64,000 nt of DNA from a virus. Positions 18,425 to 28,017 of this stretch are shown here, piece after piece; position 1 is the stretch's first letter; every line of letters starts with the position of its first letter. A program made the position numbers and the translations under genes. The stretch lies in the IMG/VR virus record IMGVR_UViG_3300027280_000002, positions 1 through 64,000 of that record; one strand, 5' to 3'. The notes under the pieces were generated by a model. That model saw nothing but the letters and a program-made list of their open reading frames with translations. It ran no database searches and had not been told where the DNA came from.

Positions 18425-19405
18425 TTAAAAAAGATCATCTTCTGTAATGCTTTTGCTTTTCTTGTTATAATCTACACTCTTTTTGTAAAAGAAGTCTCCT
18501 TCTTTGGTTCCTAGTATCTCTATATCAAACCATTCAGTGCACTTTAATAGTTCTGAGTCAACTTCAAATATTGATTTCATACCTATCTTCTCTAAAGAAT
18601 TATTAAATCTGTTCTTTATAAAGTTCTGAATAGTTTCCTTAGATAGAAACTTTAGTTCACCTTTTTCAAAGATCCAATCTAGTATACCACATTCAGCAGT
18701 ATAAGCTTTCTTACAAGCAGAATAGATTAGTTCTTCAAACTCTTCATCAAACCACTCAGGATTTTCTTTCTTGATGATGTTGATAATCTCAGCTCCAAAG
18801 TTACCGTGTATCTCTTCTTCTTTACTAGTAGCCTCTACAACGTTAGATATACCTTTAAAGACATTCTTTTCCTTATTAAAACTCATCATAATTAAGAACT
18901 GACTAAACAGACTTACGTGTTCTATAAATAAAGAGAACAGTAAAACAGACTTAGTATACATCTTATCATCTCTAGAACGTGTACCATCTAGGTACTTTTT
19001 CAAGTATTTAAGTCTACCTGCAATAGCAGGCACTTCAATAACACTTTGAAATTCTTTTTCAAGTCCTAGTATTCTAAGCAGTCTAGCATAAGCATCTTTA
19101 TGTCTAACTTCTGATTCAGCAAATGTCATTCCCACATCTCCTACTTCAGTAATAGGCATACGTTTGTACATATCAGCCCAAAATGTTTTGACATTAACTT
19201 CTATCTGTGCAATAGCAAGCATGGTTTTTTTAATAACATCCCTTTCTGCCGGTGTAATAGTTATTTTAAAGTCTTGGATGTCTTCTGTAAAGTTGAATTC
19301 TGTGTCTATCCAGTAAGAATGTCGAATAGCATCTTTGTAAGCTAATAATTGTGGATACTCGTAAGGTAGTATGTTTGTTCTTGTTTTAAAAATGTTTTTA
19401 TTCAT
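18425..19405 (-). CDS. nrdB: Ribonucleotide reductase class I, beta subunit
   Basis: PYEYP, ESEVRHKDAY, IEHVSLFSQF, EEEIHG, DFF. Confidence 0.95.
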   Translation of the reverse strand: MNKNIFKTRTNILPYEYPQLLAYKDAIRHSYWIDTEFNFTEDIQDFKITITPAERDVIKKTMLAIAQIEVNVKTFWADMYKRMPITEVGDVGMTFAESEVRHKDAYARLLRILGLEKEFQSVIEVPAIAGRLKYLKKYLDGTRSRDDKMYTKSVLLFSLFIEHVSLFSQFLIMMSFNKEKNVFKGISNVVEATSKEEEIHGNFGAEIINIIKKENPEWFDEEFEELIYSACKKAYTAECGILDWIFEKGELKFLSKETIQNFIKNRFNNSLEKIGMKSIFEVDSELLKCTEWFDIEILGTKEGDFFYKKSVDYNKKSKSITEDDLF

Positions 19406-19730
19406 TGATTAAAGATTTTCCATTTATATCTAAGTTAAGTGACTTCAGTCTAGCTTCTACCTCAAACTCTACTTTCATTATAATAGACAGTTTTTCTTCT
19501 AACTCTTCATGTACAAGATGTCCAACCCAAGGCAATATCTCTGTTAAGTTAGATTGAACTCTAGGAATTCCTCTAAAAGTAGATATTTCTGTAAGTCTAA
19601 ATCCTTCTATTTTAGAAAGATCATCGATTACGTGATTAATGAATGCTACTACTTGAGGTATCTCAATACCTAATCCTGCCCCATCAATGATAAGGTGGTG
19701 TACTCCGTTAAATTCTTCAGTTGTTCTCAT
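19398..19730 (-). CDS. Hypothetical protein
   Basis: ORF; ATG at 19730 (MRTTEEF) preferred. Confidence 0.65.
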   Translation of the reverse strand: MRTTEEFNGVHHLIIDGAGLGIEIPQVVAFINHVIDDLSKIEGFRLTEISTFRGIPRVQSNLTEILPWVGHLVHEELEEKLSIIMKVEFEVEARLKSLNLDINGKSLINE

Positions 19731-19908
19731 AATGAATGTTTGTGTTATATGTATTGTTTGTAACCCATCCACTAAATGCAGTTGACTTGCGTTTGGACAG
19801 AAGTTTCTTTGCCTCTGTCTTGCTTATCAAATTTGAGGATAACAAATCTAGTACAATTATTAGTATTGACCTACTTTTTTTTACTTTTTTCTTTTGTTTT
19901 TGGTACAT
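19717..19908 (-). CDS. Hypothetical protein
   Basis: Short ORF overlapping its neighbours on the coding strand. Confidence 0.45.
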   Translation of the reverse strand: MYQKQKKKVKKSRSILIIVLDLLSSNLISKTEAKKLLSKRKSTAFSGWVTNNTYNTNIHYENN

Positions 19909-20287
19909 CTTTTTTAGGTGTTAGTTTCTTTTCTAATATTTTAAAAGCTTTATATATAGCTTTACTTTCTGCATCTCTTCTATCCTTAGCAGAATTACTA
20001 GGTAGATTAAGCTGTAAAGGTTCAATAATACGCCAAGTAAAACCTCCTTCTTCATAGTTTATATTTATGTATATATCATTAATATCAAAAATATCAAACA
20101 AACCACGTGGTGATTCTACAACAAGCGTTGCTAACTTATCATCGTCAATAGTTTGTGACCTAACAAATTCTTTAAATTCTTCTGGCATCTCATCATTTAT
20201 TGTCTTCAATAGATTTTGAAGAAACCAAGATTGCACCTTTTTTTTTGTTAAAGGGTGATTTTCTAGTAACTTAATTGCTTTTTTCAT
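19871..20287 (-). CDS. Hypothetical protein
   Basis: 138-aa ORF. Confidence 0.7.
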   Translation of the reverse strand: MKKAIKLLENHPLTKKKVQSWFLQNLLKTINDEMPEEFKEFVRSQTIDDDKLATLVVESPRGLFDIFDINDIYININYEEGGFTWRIIEPLQLNLPSNSAKDRRDAESKAIYKAFKILEKKLTPKKDVPKTKEKSKKK

Positions 20288-20837
20288 AATTTTCTTCTTT
20301 AATTTTTGTAATATTTAATATTTCATTTGCTTCATCCCATCCAGTCCAGACTTCCATATCATCTGTCCAATCTATTCCTATTTTCTTTTCCCAAAACTCT
20401 ATAAGATCTGGTGTTCTATTAAAAACTCTGTATTGAAGACTAATTTCATCTCTATGAAGACCTCTTTTCTTAATCTTAATTATTTTAGGAAACATCTTTT
20501 TAAAGTTTGATGAAAGTTTAGAATATTTACCTTCTCTAACAAGTTCAAAGTCTGATGAATACTTAAGATTTAACTTATAGATTACTACAATATATCCTTC
20601 GGAGTAATCATAGTCTTCTATAATGTTTTCTGTTCTATCATATTCATTGTCTACAAACAATCTAAACTCATCTAGGTCATTAGGTTTAAATAGAAGATAT
20701 ATAACTTTGTTTTTACCATAGTCTTCTTCTCTATCTTTGTCTGAAATAAATGCATTAACAAACCCAGTAGCACGTAATGCACCTTTGGGTATTGCTAATG
20801 TGGGAACCATAAATATTGTAGTTATAGTTTTATTCAT
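20271..20837 (-). CDS. Hypothetical protein
   Basis: 188-aa ORF with coupled overlaps. Confidence 0.75.
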   Translation of the reverse strand: MNKTITTIFMVPTLAIPKGALRATGFVNAFISDKDREEDYGKNKVIYLLFKPNDLDEFRLFVDNEYDRTENIIEDYDYSEGYIVVIYKLNLKYSSDFELVREGKYSKLSSNFKKMFPKIIKIKKRGLHRDEISLQYRVFNRTPDLIEFWEKKIGIDWTDDMEVWTGWDEANEILNITKIKEENYEKSN

Positions 20838-21675
20838 TTTGTTTAATAATTTTATCTAACTCATCTTGAGTATATAGTTTTAATACTTTATAATAAAGTC
20901 TTGCTTGTTTCTTAGCTTCTGATGCATTACCTCCGTTTGTTTTTAAATAAGCCTTAAGAATTGCTTTAGTAAACTGGTAGTCTGTCATTCCTAAGTGCAT
21001 GTTATTAGCACACCAAACTTTACCTATTCTATAAGCTCCTGGAATTCCATCACCGCTATCTCCTATTACTACTTGAGAAGCTATAGCTAGTCTACTTTCT
21101 TCTTTAGATATATGCTTAAACTCTCCTAGAGTGCTACCGTGACTTCTATAATCATAAAAAGGTATGTCAGGACAATTATAGAATACATCTTTATCTATAG
21201 CTGCTACAACACAATTGCCCTCACTTATAATTGTAGCATCATATACATAATCATCAGCTTCTGCCCCTATAGAAGGTATAGCATGAAGTTCATCTAACAT
21301 GTAATCTGCAATTATTGGAATTAATGGATTCTTTTCTTTTCTATTAGACTTATAATCAGGAAACACTTTATATCTAAAATTACCTTGACCACCTATAAAT
21401 ATAAAAGTCTCTTGTATATTATAAAATGCTTCTATATTATTATGTATCTCATGTAATTTAGTTCTAGTTCTATACTTAGCTTCTTCTATTCTGTCTTCTT
21501 CTGTTGGAAACTCCATCAGAGAATCTTCAGGAAAGTGTGATGCAAAGTACATAATACTATCAGCATCTATTATCAACACTCTTTCTGTTTTATCATATTC
21601 TGAAGGCATATTTTTAACCTCTCTAACGATTATATCAACTTCTTGTATACCTGTTGTTCTAACGCCTTTGATCAT
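20830..21675 (-). CDS. 5'-3' exonuclease (PIN/FEN fold, T7 gp6-like)
   Basis: IIDADSI, NFRY...YKSNRK, EADD, IDKD, GDSGDGIPG. Confidence 0.9.
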   Translation of the reverse strand: MIKGVRTTGIQEVDIIVREVKNMPSEYDKTERVLIIDADSIMYFASHFPEDSLMEFPTEEDRIEEAKYRTRTKLHEIHNNIEAFYNIQETFIFIGGQGNFRYKVFPDYKSNRKEKNPLIPIIADYMLDELHAIPSIGAEADDYVYDATIISEGNCVVAAIDKDVFYNCPDIPFYDYRSHGSTLGEFKHISKEESRLAIASQVVIGDSGDGIPGAYRIGKVWCANNMHLGMTDYQFTKAILKAYLKTNGGNASEAKKQARLYYKVLKLYTQDELDKIIKQNE

Positions 21676-21955
21676 AATGTGTCCAATTATTAGTTAGTTT
21701 AACTTTTTCTTCTATTATAATGTCCCCTTCACATTTTCTTATTTTATTTACAAAAGGAGAAAGCCTTTCTCTTGTTGTATTAGTAGGCCACCCAGCGTGA
21801 GATAAAAATAAACCATTCTTTGTTCGCTTAGCTATTTTATTATCATATAATAATAAATAAACTACGTCATCATGAACCCTAACTTCAGTGTTTGATAATC
21901 TAAATTTTTTCCTTGACTTAAATGCAGAATATGCATCTTCTGTTATCTGTCTCAT
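21659..21955 (-). CDS. Hypothetical phage protein
   Basis: NTEV...L.DNKIA...GWPTNTTRERL pattern. Confidence 0.7.
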   Translation of the reverse strand: MRQITEDAYSAFKSRKKFRLSNTEVRVHDDVVYLLLYDNKIAKRTKNGLFLSHAGWPTNTTRERLSPFVNKIRKCEGDIIIEEKVKLTNNWTHYDQRR

Positions 21956-22179
21956 AATGTATAATTTTTAACATGTTTAATTTCTCTAGTTAAGTATTCT
22001 AAAGCCTTGTTTAAATCTTCTAACTCATTGTCTTTACGACCTGCTCTAGTGAGATACTTAATCACATTACCTCTCGAAAAGGAAATATCATACTGGTGAC
22101 AAAAGTCTATTACATCTAATGTATTCCGTGAGTCATAGTGACTTGGTTGAGTTATTTGTCTTAATAATTCTTTATCCAT
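21952..22179 (-). CDS. DUF3310 family protein
   Basis: PSHY, GNVIKYLTRAGRK, EDLNKALEYL. Confidence 0.9.
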   Translation of the reverse strand: MDKELLRQITQPSHYDSRNTLDVIDFCHQYDISFSRGNVIKYLTRAGRKDNELEDLNKALEYLTREIKHVKNYTL

Positions 22180-22585
22180 TTTTCTTCTTTTTAAATTGCT
22201 TTAACTGTTTTTCTAATTGTGTTTTTTCATCATGACAAGTCTTACAAAGTACTTGTAAGTTTTCTTGTTCACAAAAAAGTGTGTCTACAAATGGAGCTAA
22301 GTCCTCTGAACAGTTTAAACTTCCTGCAGGTTCTATATGATCTACATTAACTGCGTCTGCTTTAAACCAAGCTTTACACTTACTACATTCATATTCCCAC
22401 TTCTGTCTTTTGTTAGGACCTTTGTATGCTCGCTGAGCTAACTTTTTACACTCAGCAATTGGTTTCCACCATCTGCTCTTTTGTCTTAATGCACTTCTAA
22501 TCATAGACCAAAACATGGATTCTGTCATTGTGCCAGCGTTTCTGGTTTTCGGTACTCTAGACTTTTTTACTATTTTCTTTGCCAT
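22172..22585 (-). CDS. HNH endonuclease
   Basis: CSKC...VDHIEP...NLQVLCKTCHDEKT. Confidence 0.88.
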   Translation of the reverse strand: MAKKIVKKSRVPKTRNAGTMTESMFWSMIRSALRQKSRWWKPIAECKKLAQRAYKGPNKRQKWEYECSKCKAWFKADAVNVDHIEPAGSLNCSEDLAPFVDTLFCEQENLQVLCKTCHDEKTQLEKQLKQFKKKKNG

Positions 22586-22597
22586 AATATTTTTATT

Positions 22598-22640
22598 AAA
22601 AAGGGAACAACAAATTTAGTGAAAAATATGATGCTCCCCT
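22598..22640 (-). terminator. Terminator-like hairpin after rIIB whose loop contains a -7 promoter element (TAAATTTG, 22611-22618)
   Basis: Minus strand AGGGGAGCA-N22-TGTTCCCTT-TTT. Confidence 0.5.
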
Positions 22641-22646
22641 AATTAA

Positions 22647-24176
22647 TTAATCTACCATACGAACTCTTGCAGTAATCTCAGCTTTCATCTCTTCAAGACT
22701 TCTAATAATATTACGTACATCTATAGACGATATATTTGGTAAGCTAAACTCATATTTGTTAGATTCCTTTGCGAAACCTTGTTTAACTTTATCCTGTAGA
22801 TTATCAAGCTCACGTACAGCATATACCTCATCTAATTCAAGGGTATCAAACTGATTATCATGAAGAATAGTTGTAGCTTCTTCTCTTGGCACAGTCATGA
22901 TTGGTAAATACTCAAAACATCTACCTTTATGTTTACCTATACCTACAACTTTCATAGGATTAATAAGTACTAGAACAGATTGATCACCACATCCTACATA
23001 ATGTATCTGGTCAGAAGTGAAATGTAAACCAGCTGCAGCACAATCTTGTGTTGACCAGTTACAATCTTCCTGTGGCATATTCACCACTTTACCAATACGT
23101 ATGTCAAATGTTTTAGTCCAATCATCTGTGAAACGATTCTCATGTCTGTTAGGTAAGTCTAAATATAAATCTGTAAGTTTACCTATTAGTTCTCCATGGT
23201 CCACTGTCACAATGTGTGTTACTTCATAAGGCTCTACTTCACCTGTACCATCACATGCATCACAATCTATCCACTCTCCTTCATTCCATTCATCTTCATC
23301 GTCATAATAGTCACCATCATCATAGAAACCACCTTCTCCATCACATTGTGGACACACTGTAGTTGTATATGTTTCTTCATGGTGTAGCTTATCTTCATGT
23401 ACAAGCTTGTATTCACCATTTTCTAGAAACACACTATAGTCATCTGGACTCTTCTTCCACACTGCTTTCACCTTATTGTATGTGTTAGATACAAAATGTA
23501 CAAGCTCTGGGCTACCGTGTAACGTTACTACATTACGCAAAGCTACAAAGAATCCTTGTTTAGTAATACGGAAACTGTTTTCCTTTAGAAATCTATATAA
23601 CTCATGAGCTACTTCAGCTCTTGGATTAAGACAGCACCACATAAAGAATCTTTTAAGAGACAAAAACTTGTCATTGGTGCTTAAAGATTCATTGTTTTCT
23701 GTGCACTCCCAAGCTACTTGTATAAATTCTTCAACTAATATTCTTGGAAGAGATCTAGACATACCTTTTAGGTAAACTGAACCATCTTTTACAGTAAACT
23801 CGCCTGACAATTCTAGCTGAGCAGAACCTTTTTGTAAAGCTCTTATTTTTTTAACTTCAGTTTCTCGTTCTACTTTATCATTGACTACGTTAGGGTCGCT
23901 AACTATCATTATAATTTCAGCAAGATCTTTAGCTGACTCAACTGCATGAAAGTCTTCTTCTGTAGCATTCATTTTAGTCATAATAGAATAATCTGACATA
24001 ACAATAGTCATTATGTTATTTACAAGCTTTACATTTACATAAGGCTTTTCTGTAGGTTCAGAAGAATTCAATTTTGAATCTTCTTCCATCAAGCTCTCTA
24101 ACTTGTTGCTAATTACTTGATCAATTGAGTGTTCTATCTTTCCTTTGAACCACTCTAAACTTAAAAATTTACTCAT
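22647..24176 (-). CDS. rIIB: rIIB-like protein with inserted DnaJ-type zinc finger
   Basis: LNP....ELY.FL, ITKQGFFVALR, CAAAGLH, INPMKVV, KGRCFEY; follows an rIIA-like gene. Confidence 0.8.
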   Translation of the reverse strand: MSKFLSLEWFKGKIEHSIDQVISNKLESLMEEDSKLNSSEPTEKPYVNVKLVNNIMTIVMSDYSIMTKMNATEEDFHAVESAKDLAEIIMIVSDPNVVNDKVERETEVKKIRALQKGSAQLELSGEFTVKDGSVYLKGMSRSLPRILVEEFIQVAWECTENNESLSTNDKFLSLKRFFMWCCLNPRAEVAHELYRFLKENSFRITKQGFFVALRNVVTLHGSPELVHFVSNTYNKVKAVWKKSPDDYSVFLENGEYKLVHEDKLHHEETYTTTVCPQCDGEGGFYDDGDYYDDEDEWNEGEWIDCDACDGTGEVEPYEVTHIVTVDHGELIGKLTDLYLDLPNRHENRFTDDWTKTFDIRIGKVVNMPQEDCNWSTQDCAAAGLHFTSDQIHYVGCGDQSVLVLINPMKVVGIGKHKGRCFEYLPIMTVPREEATTILHDNQFDTLELDEVYAVRELDNLQDKVKQGFAKESNKYEFSLPNISSIDVRNIIRSLEEMKAEITARVRMVD

Positions 24177-24197
24177 TTTTCTATTTGTTTTTAATTA

Positions 24198-26453
24198 TTA
24201 ATTGTTTTCTTTTAATTTATATTCAATACGACCTTCTAACTTATGATAATCCATCATGTTAGAAATAATTTCTAGGAATTCATTAATTGCCCTCCAATAC
24301 ATTCTACCTATTAAAGTATCTATATATCCATGATTGGTTATAGTTTTATTTACTTTTATATAAGTATGCCAAATTGTAGAATCAAATAGTTTATTTTCTA
24401 GTGCAAAATCTGACATTACCTTTAATATATCTTCATTAGAAATGCTTCTTGGCATATGTGAATGTTGATAGACATCTAATTGCTCAATGTCTGTACCTAA
24501 TGTACTATGTAGTTTATTGATGTAAGAAATACCATCTCTAGAAAATATATCTGAATATTCACCTTTAAGTTTTTTAATTTTAAAAGCTGTTACAATTTGT
24601 TTAAACTTAATATTTTCACCTTTCATAAATTCATCATAGTGCAATATGTTATCTTTCTCAATTGCTTTCATTCCGTCTAACTCTCTACCAGACACTGTAA
24701 TTAATACAATATCATTACGTTGAGCTACCTTATATAAAGGATCTAGCTTAAGAAAATCATCATGGTGTGTAAAGATAATTAAAGAAGTGTCATTTACATT
24801 ACTTACGTTTAGTTTACCTGCTACAAATTTACAGTTTCTACCATCGTTATATCTTAATAACTCTGAAGCAACCTTACATGAAACATCTCCTTCAAGTTTA
24901 GGAGATCTAGAATCTCTAGTTTTTTGAGTTTTAAGCAATGTTGCAGCTTTTTTATCATCAAGCCACTGTTGACAAACTTCAATGTCATCAACTAAAGGAA
25001 TGTCTTTTATCAGTTCACTAACCATCCATTGAAACTCTTTTATCACTTCTCTCCATATATTTTTAGAAAAGTTCTTAAGGTTAAGAATTTCATAGTATGT
25101 ATTGTTTCCAGTATCAAATCTATCACCTAGTCGAAGCTGACTAGTTTTTTTAATAAACTTAGTAATGTTTGCATCTTCTCTTAGAAACTTAATATAAGAT
25201 TTCTTATTTCCTCGCATAGCATCCTTAAATATGTAAAAGTTTTTGAAATCAGTATCCCAACTAATGCTACCTCTCCAGGAACTTTTTACTTCTGATAATC
25301 TAGAACTTTCTAATCTATATTTAACTTCATACTCACGCATTAAATAACCATGTTTAGAAGTCTTAACCCAAGAATGTAAGTCAATGTGCTTAAGCTTAGG
25401 TATAACAGGTTCTGCTATTTTTACTTTAGCATAACTAACTAGAACTGATATATTTAAATTTCCTTTTCCTCCTAAATTGACATAACGGTCTTGTTTTGTG
25501 TAGTGACGAATAGCAGCTATAACATCTGTATTAGTTGTATCAATAGTTTCATTATACTTGTTCACCATATAATCACCTACTTCAGAAATCTTATTAAGTA
25601 TTGTTGCTTTAGCTTCTGAAGTATACCTTAGGGCTTCTCTATTTGGTGTAGGAAATAATCCATCTGATAGAGTAAATCTTAAACCTAAAGGTAGATTTAT
25701 AGTATCTATGCCTAACTTCTGAAAGTCTAATGGATAATATACATCATCTAAACAAACATGTAAATTAGAATCACTTGATAGCTCAGAAAATTGAAACGTT
25801 TCAGATCTATATATAACAAAGTCATTATCTACTACATTATCTGTATCAAAGTATACATTTTGAAAATAAGCCAGTTGTTCTTTTATTTTTTTTTCAAAAT
25901 CCCATCTATCTGATCTAGAGACTGGAATAATTACTTTTACACCGTTCTTTTCAGTTGTGGGATTTTCGTAAATTAAATCAATGCTGTTAGTATCTTCACC
26001 CTCATACATCATGTACTTACGTTCTACACCATCTTTTCTACATGTAAAATAGAAACTACTGGCATAAGCTAGAGGAGCCTTGAAACCAAGACCCATCATA
26101 CCAAGTTCTGTATTACTGTCACGTTTAGTAGATTTACCATACTTGCTAATAATGTTTTTTACATCATTATCATCTAAACCAATACCAAAATCCTCTACAG
26201 AGAATTCGTAATTATACTGATCATTTGTTCCAAATTTAACAACAATTGGGGACTGAACCTGCGCTCTTCTATGACTATCTAGAGCGTTACTAGCACACTC
26301 TCTAATAGCTGAGCCTATTGAATCTGAATAAAGATTCTTACTTAACATCTGCATCAATACTTGTGCAGAATCTAAGTCTAGGGACATTCCTATACTCTCA
26401 TTCTTTAATCCTGATTGTAGGATATTTGCTTCTTTTTGTTTTTCTAAAATCAT
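24198..26453 (-). CDS. rIIA: rIIA-like protein (N-terminal GHKL ATPase)
   Basis: NLYSD...IRECASNALDSH, VEDFGIGL, YGKSTK, GMMGLGFKAP, TPNREALRY. Confidence 0.88.
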   Translation of the reverse strand: MILEKQKEANILQSGLKNESIGMSLDLDSAQVLMQMLSKNLYSDSIGSAIRECASNALDSHRRAQVQSPIVVKFGTNDQYNYEFSVEDFGIGLDDNDVKNIISKYGKSTKRDSNTELGMMGLGFKAPLAYASSFYFTCRKDGVERKYMMYEGEDTNSIDLIYENPTTEKNGVKVIIPVSRSDRWDFEKKIKEQLAYFQNVYFDTDNVVDNDFVIYRSETFQFSELSSDSNLHVCLDDVYYPLDFQKLGIDTINLPLGLRFTLSDGLFPTPNREALRYTSEAKATILNKISEVGDYMVNKYNETIDTTNTDVIAAIRHYTKQDRYVNLGGKGNLNISVLVSYAKVKIAEPVIPKLKHIDLHSWVKTSKHGYLMREYEVKYRLESSRLSEVKSSWRGSISWDTDFKNFYIFKDAMRGNKKSYIKFLREDANITKFIKKTSQLRLGDRFDTGNNTYYEILNLKNFSKNIWREVIKEFQWMVSELIKDIPLVDDIEVCQQWLDDKKAATLLKTQKTRDSRSPKLEGDVSCKVASELLRYNDGRNCKFVAGKLNVSNVNDTSLIIFTHHDDFLKLDPLYKVAQRNDIVLITVSGRELDGMKAIEKDNILHYDEFMKGENIKFKQIVTAFKIKKLKGEYSDIFSRDGISYINKLHSTLGTDIEQLDVYQHSHMPRSISNEDILKVMSDFALENKLFDSTIWHTYIKVNKTITNHGYIDTLIGRMYWRAINEFLEIISNMMDYHKLEGRIEYKLKENN

Positions 26454-26468
26454 TTCTGTTCTTATTTA

Positions 26469-26753
26469 TTAATTATTATCTCCTCGTTTTACTAACCAGA
26501 TTGATTTATAATCAAAATCAAATCTTACGTTTTGTTTATCATCTGCAAACCTTTGTCCAAATTTGCTGTTTATTCTATTACATACAGACGCTGTCCATCC
26601 CATATAGGGTACTCCATTATAATTTTTGTATTGTTTCTGTTTTGGTGGTCTTACAATTTGCATGTAGTTAAGATCTAGACCTCGTACAATTACTTCATCT
26701 CCTACTTGGAGATCTTCCATTTTAATGGGCATGTTTACTTTTTTGTTATCCAT
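26469..26753 (-). CDS. Hypothetical protein (SH3/KOW-like start)
   Basis: EDLQVGDEVIV; resembles the upstream ORF. Confidence 0.7.
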   Translation of the reverse strand: MDNKKVNMPIKMEDLQVGDEVIVRGLDLNYMQIVRPPKQKQYKNYNGVPYMGWTASVCNRINSKFGQRFADDKQNVRFDFDYKSIWLVKRGDNN

Positions 26754-27114
26754 TTTGATTTTTATTAGTTATGTATATTTCTTTAAAGTTTAAATCCACT
26801 TTTGCTATTGGATCGTTTTCATTAGGCACTCTGAACTCATACGTTTTCCAGGTATTAGTCCAAGTTCTATTAGTATAAGCATTTGTACCTGTTGTTGTCT
26901 TCATTACCATAGCAACTCTACACTTTGTAGCAACGTATCGTGTTTTACCATTGTGCCAAGTTTTTAGTCTACTAACTCGTGGAGCTTCCTCCACTATATA
27001 ATATCTCATCTCTGAGCCTTGGTTAGTAATAATTTCATCTCCTGGTTGTAATGTCCCAGCGTCTGTTGTTAATGTTCCTCTCATTTTTCTGTTTTTTAAA
27101 ATGGATTTTCGCAA
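26746..27114 (-). CDS. Hypothetical protein (SH3/KOW-like start)
   Basis: LQPGDEII; true start is probably a downstream Met. Confidence 0.7.
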   Translation of the reverse strand: MRKSILKNRKMRGTLTTDAGTLQPGDEIITNQGSEMRYYIVEEAPRVSRLKTWHNGKTRYVATKCRVAMVMKTTTGTNAYTNRTWTNTWKTYEFRVPNENDPIAKVDLNFKEIYITNKNQNG

Positions 27115-27818
27115 TCTTTTAGCCAGTTGATGCTATATCCGTTAGTTTGCATTAATAATTGATCTATTTTACTAAAGACTCCTTCTGAGTCCCAATCTAT
27201 TCCTTTATAAGAAGCACTGGCCGGGTGACTTACTACAAAAGAATGAGAGAAAATTCCTGTATATCTTTGATACTTACCTGCATCTTTACCAAAGAAAACA
27301 ACTGGAACTCCTAAAGGAACAAGTATGTACTCAAACAAGTACTTAATAAAGGGTTCCCATATTTGTAAATGAGAACCTGCTTTATTTTTCTCTGTTGTCA
27401 GAGCAGCATTAAGTAAAAGAACACCTTGTTCAGCTAAATAACTAAGGTCTGGCGTTGGGTCATAACTTAGATTCATACCATTATGAAACTCAGTTTCAAA
27501 TGCTTTATAAAGCTGTGTTAAAGAAGGTTGTATAAATTGTGTAACAGAACAACTCATCATTAAACCATCAGCTACAGGTAAATCATTTTTAAAAGTATGA
27601 TATGGACACATTCCCATCATTACAAACTTTAGATCTTCTAAATCTGTTAACTTAAAAGCTTTCCATACATTACTAGACAATGGTGCTACTTGTTTACCTC
27701 TCTTGCTTTCTTTTTTAAGATGCTCATAGATAACTTTGCACTCATCGCTTTCTATAAAAGGTTTCATTTTTTCATGCCAACTTGGATGAAAGTTTTCTTT
27801 AAATTTATTCCAATTCAT
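27096..27818 (-). CDS. ung: Uracil-DNA glycosylase (family 1-like)
   Basis: GMCPY, ADGL, QPSL, QGVLLLNAALT, AGSH..W, SHPAS. Confidence 0.88.
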   Translation of the reverse strand: MNWNKFKENFHPSWHEKMKPFIESDECKVIYEHLKKESKRGKQVAPLSSNVWKAFKLTDLEDLKFVMMGMCPYHTFKNDLPVADGLMMSCSVTQFIQPSLTQLYKAFETEFHNGMNLSYDPTPDLSYLAEQGVLLLNAALTTEKNKAGSHLQIWEPFIKYLFEYILVPLGVPVVFFGKDAGKYQRYTGIFSHSFVVSHPASASYKGIDWDSEGVFSKIDQLLMQTNGYSINWLKDCENPF

Positions 27819-27882
27819 TATATTTGTGTCTTATATTATACATTATGTCAGTACAAACCTGACCTTTATACTACAAATCAAC

Positions 27883-28017
27883 TTAATCTTCCCATTGTTC
27901 GATTGCTGTTAATTTTATATTAGATGATAAACACTGCGCACAGTCAGTTTCTTTTGTGTTGCTAATAAAGTCATCTTTACAGTCATTACAATAGTATTCG
28001 TATTCAAATTTTCTCAT
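27883..28017 (-). CDS. 44-aa zinc-ribbon protein (FmdB-like; not in ORF track)
   Basis: MRKFEYEYYCNDCKDDF...DCAQCLSSNI; ATGA-coupled to the epimerase. Confidence 0.65.
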   Translation of the reverse strand: MRKFEYEYYCNDCKDDFISNTKETDCAQCLSSNIKLTAIEQWED

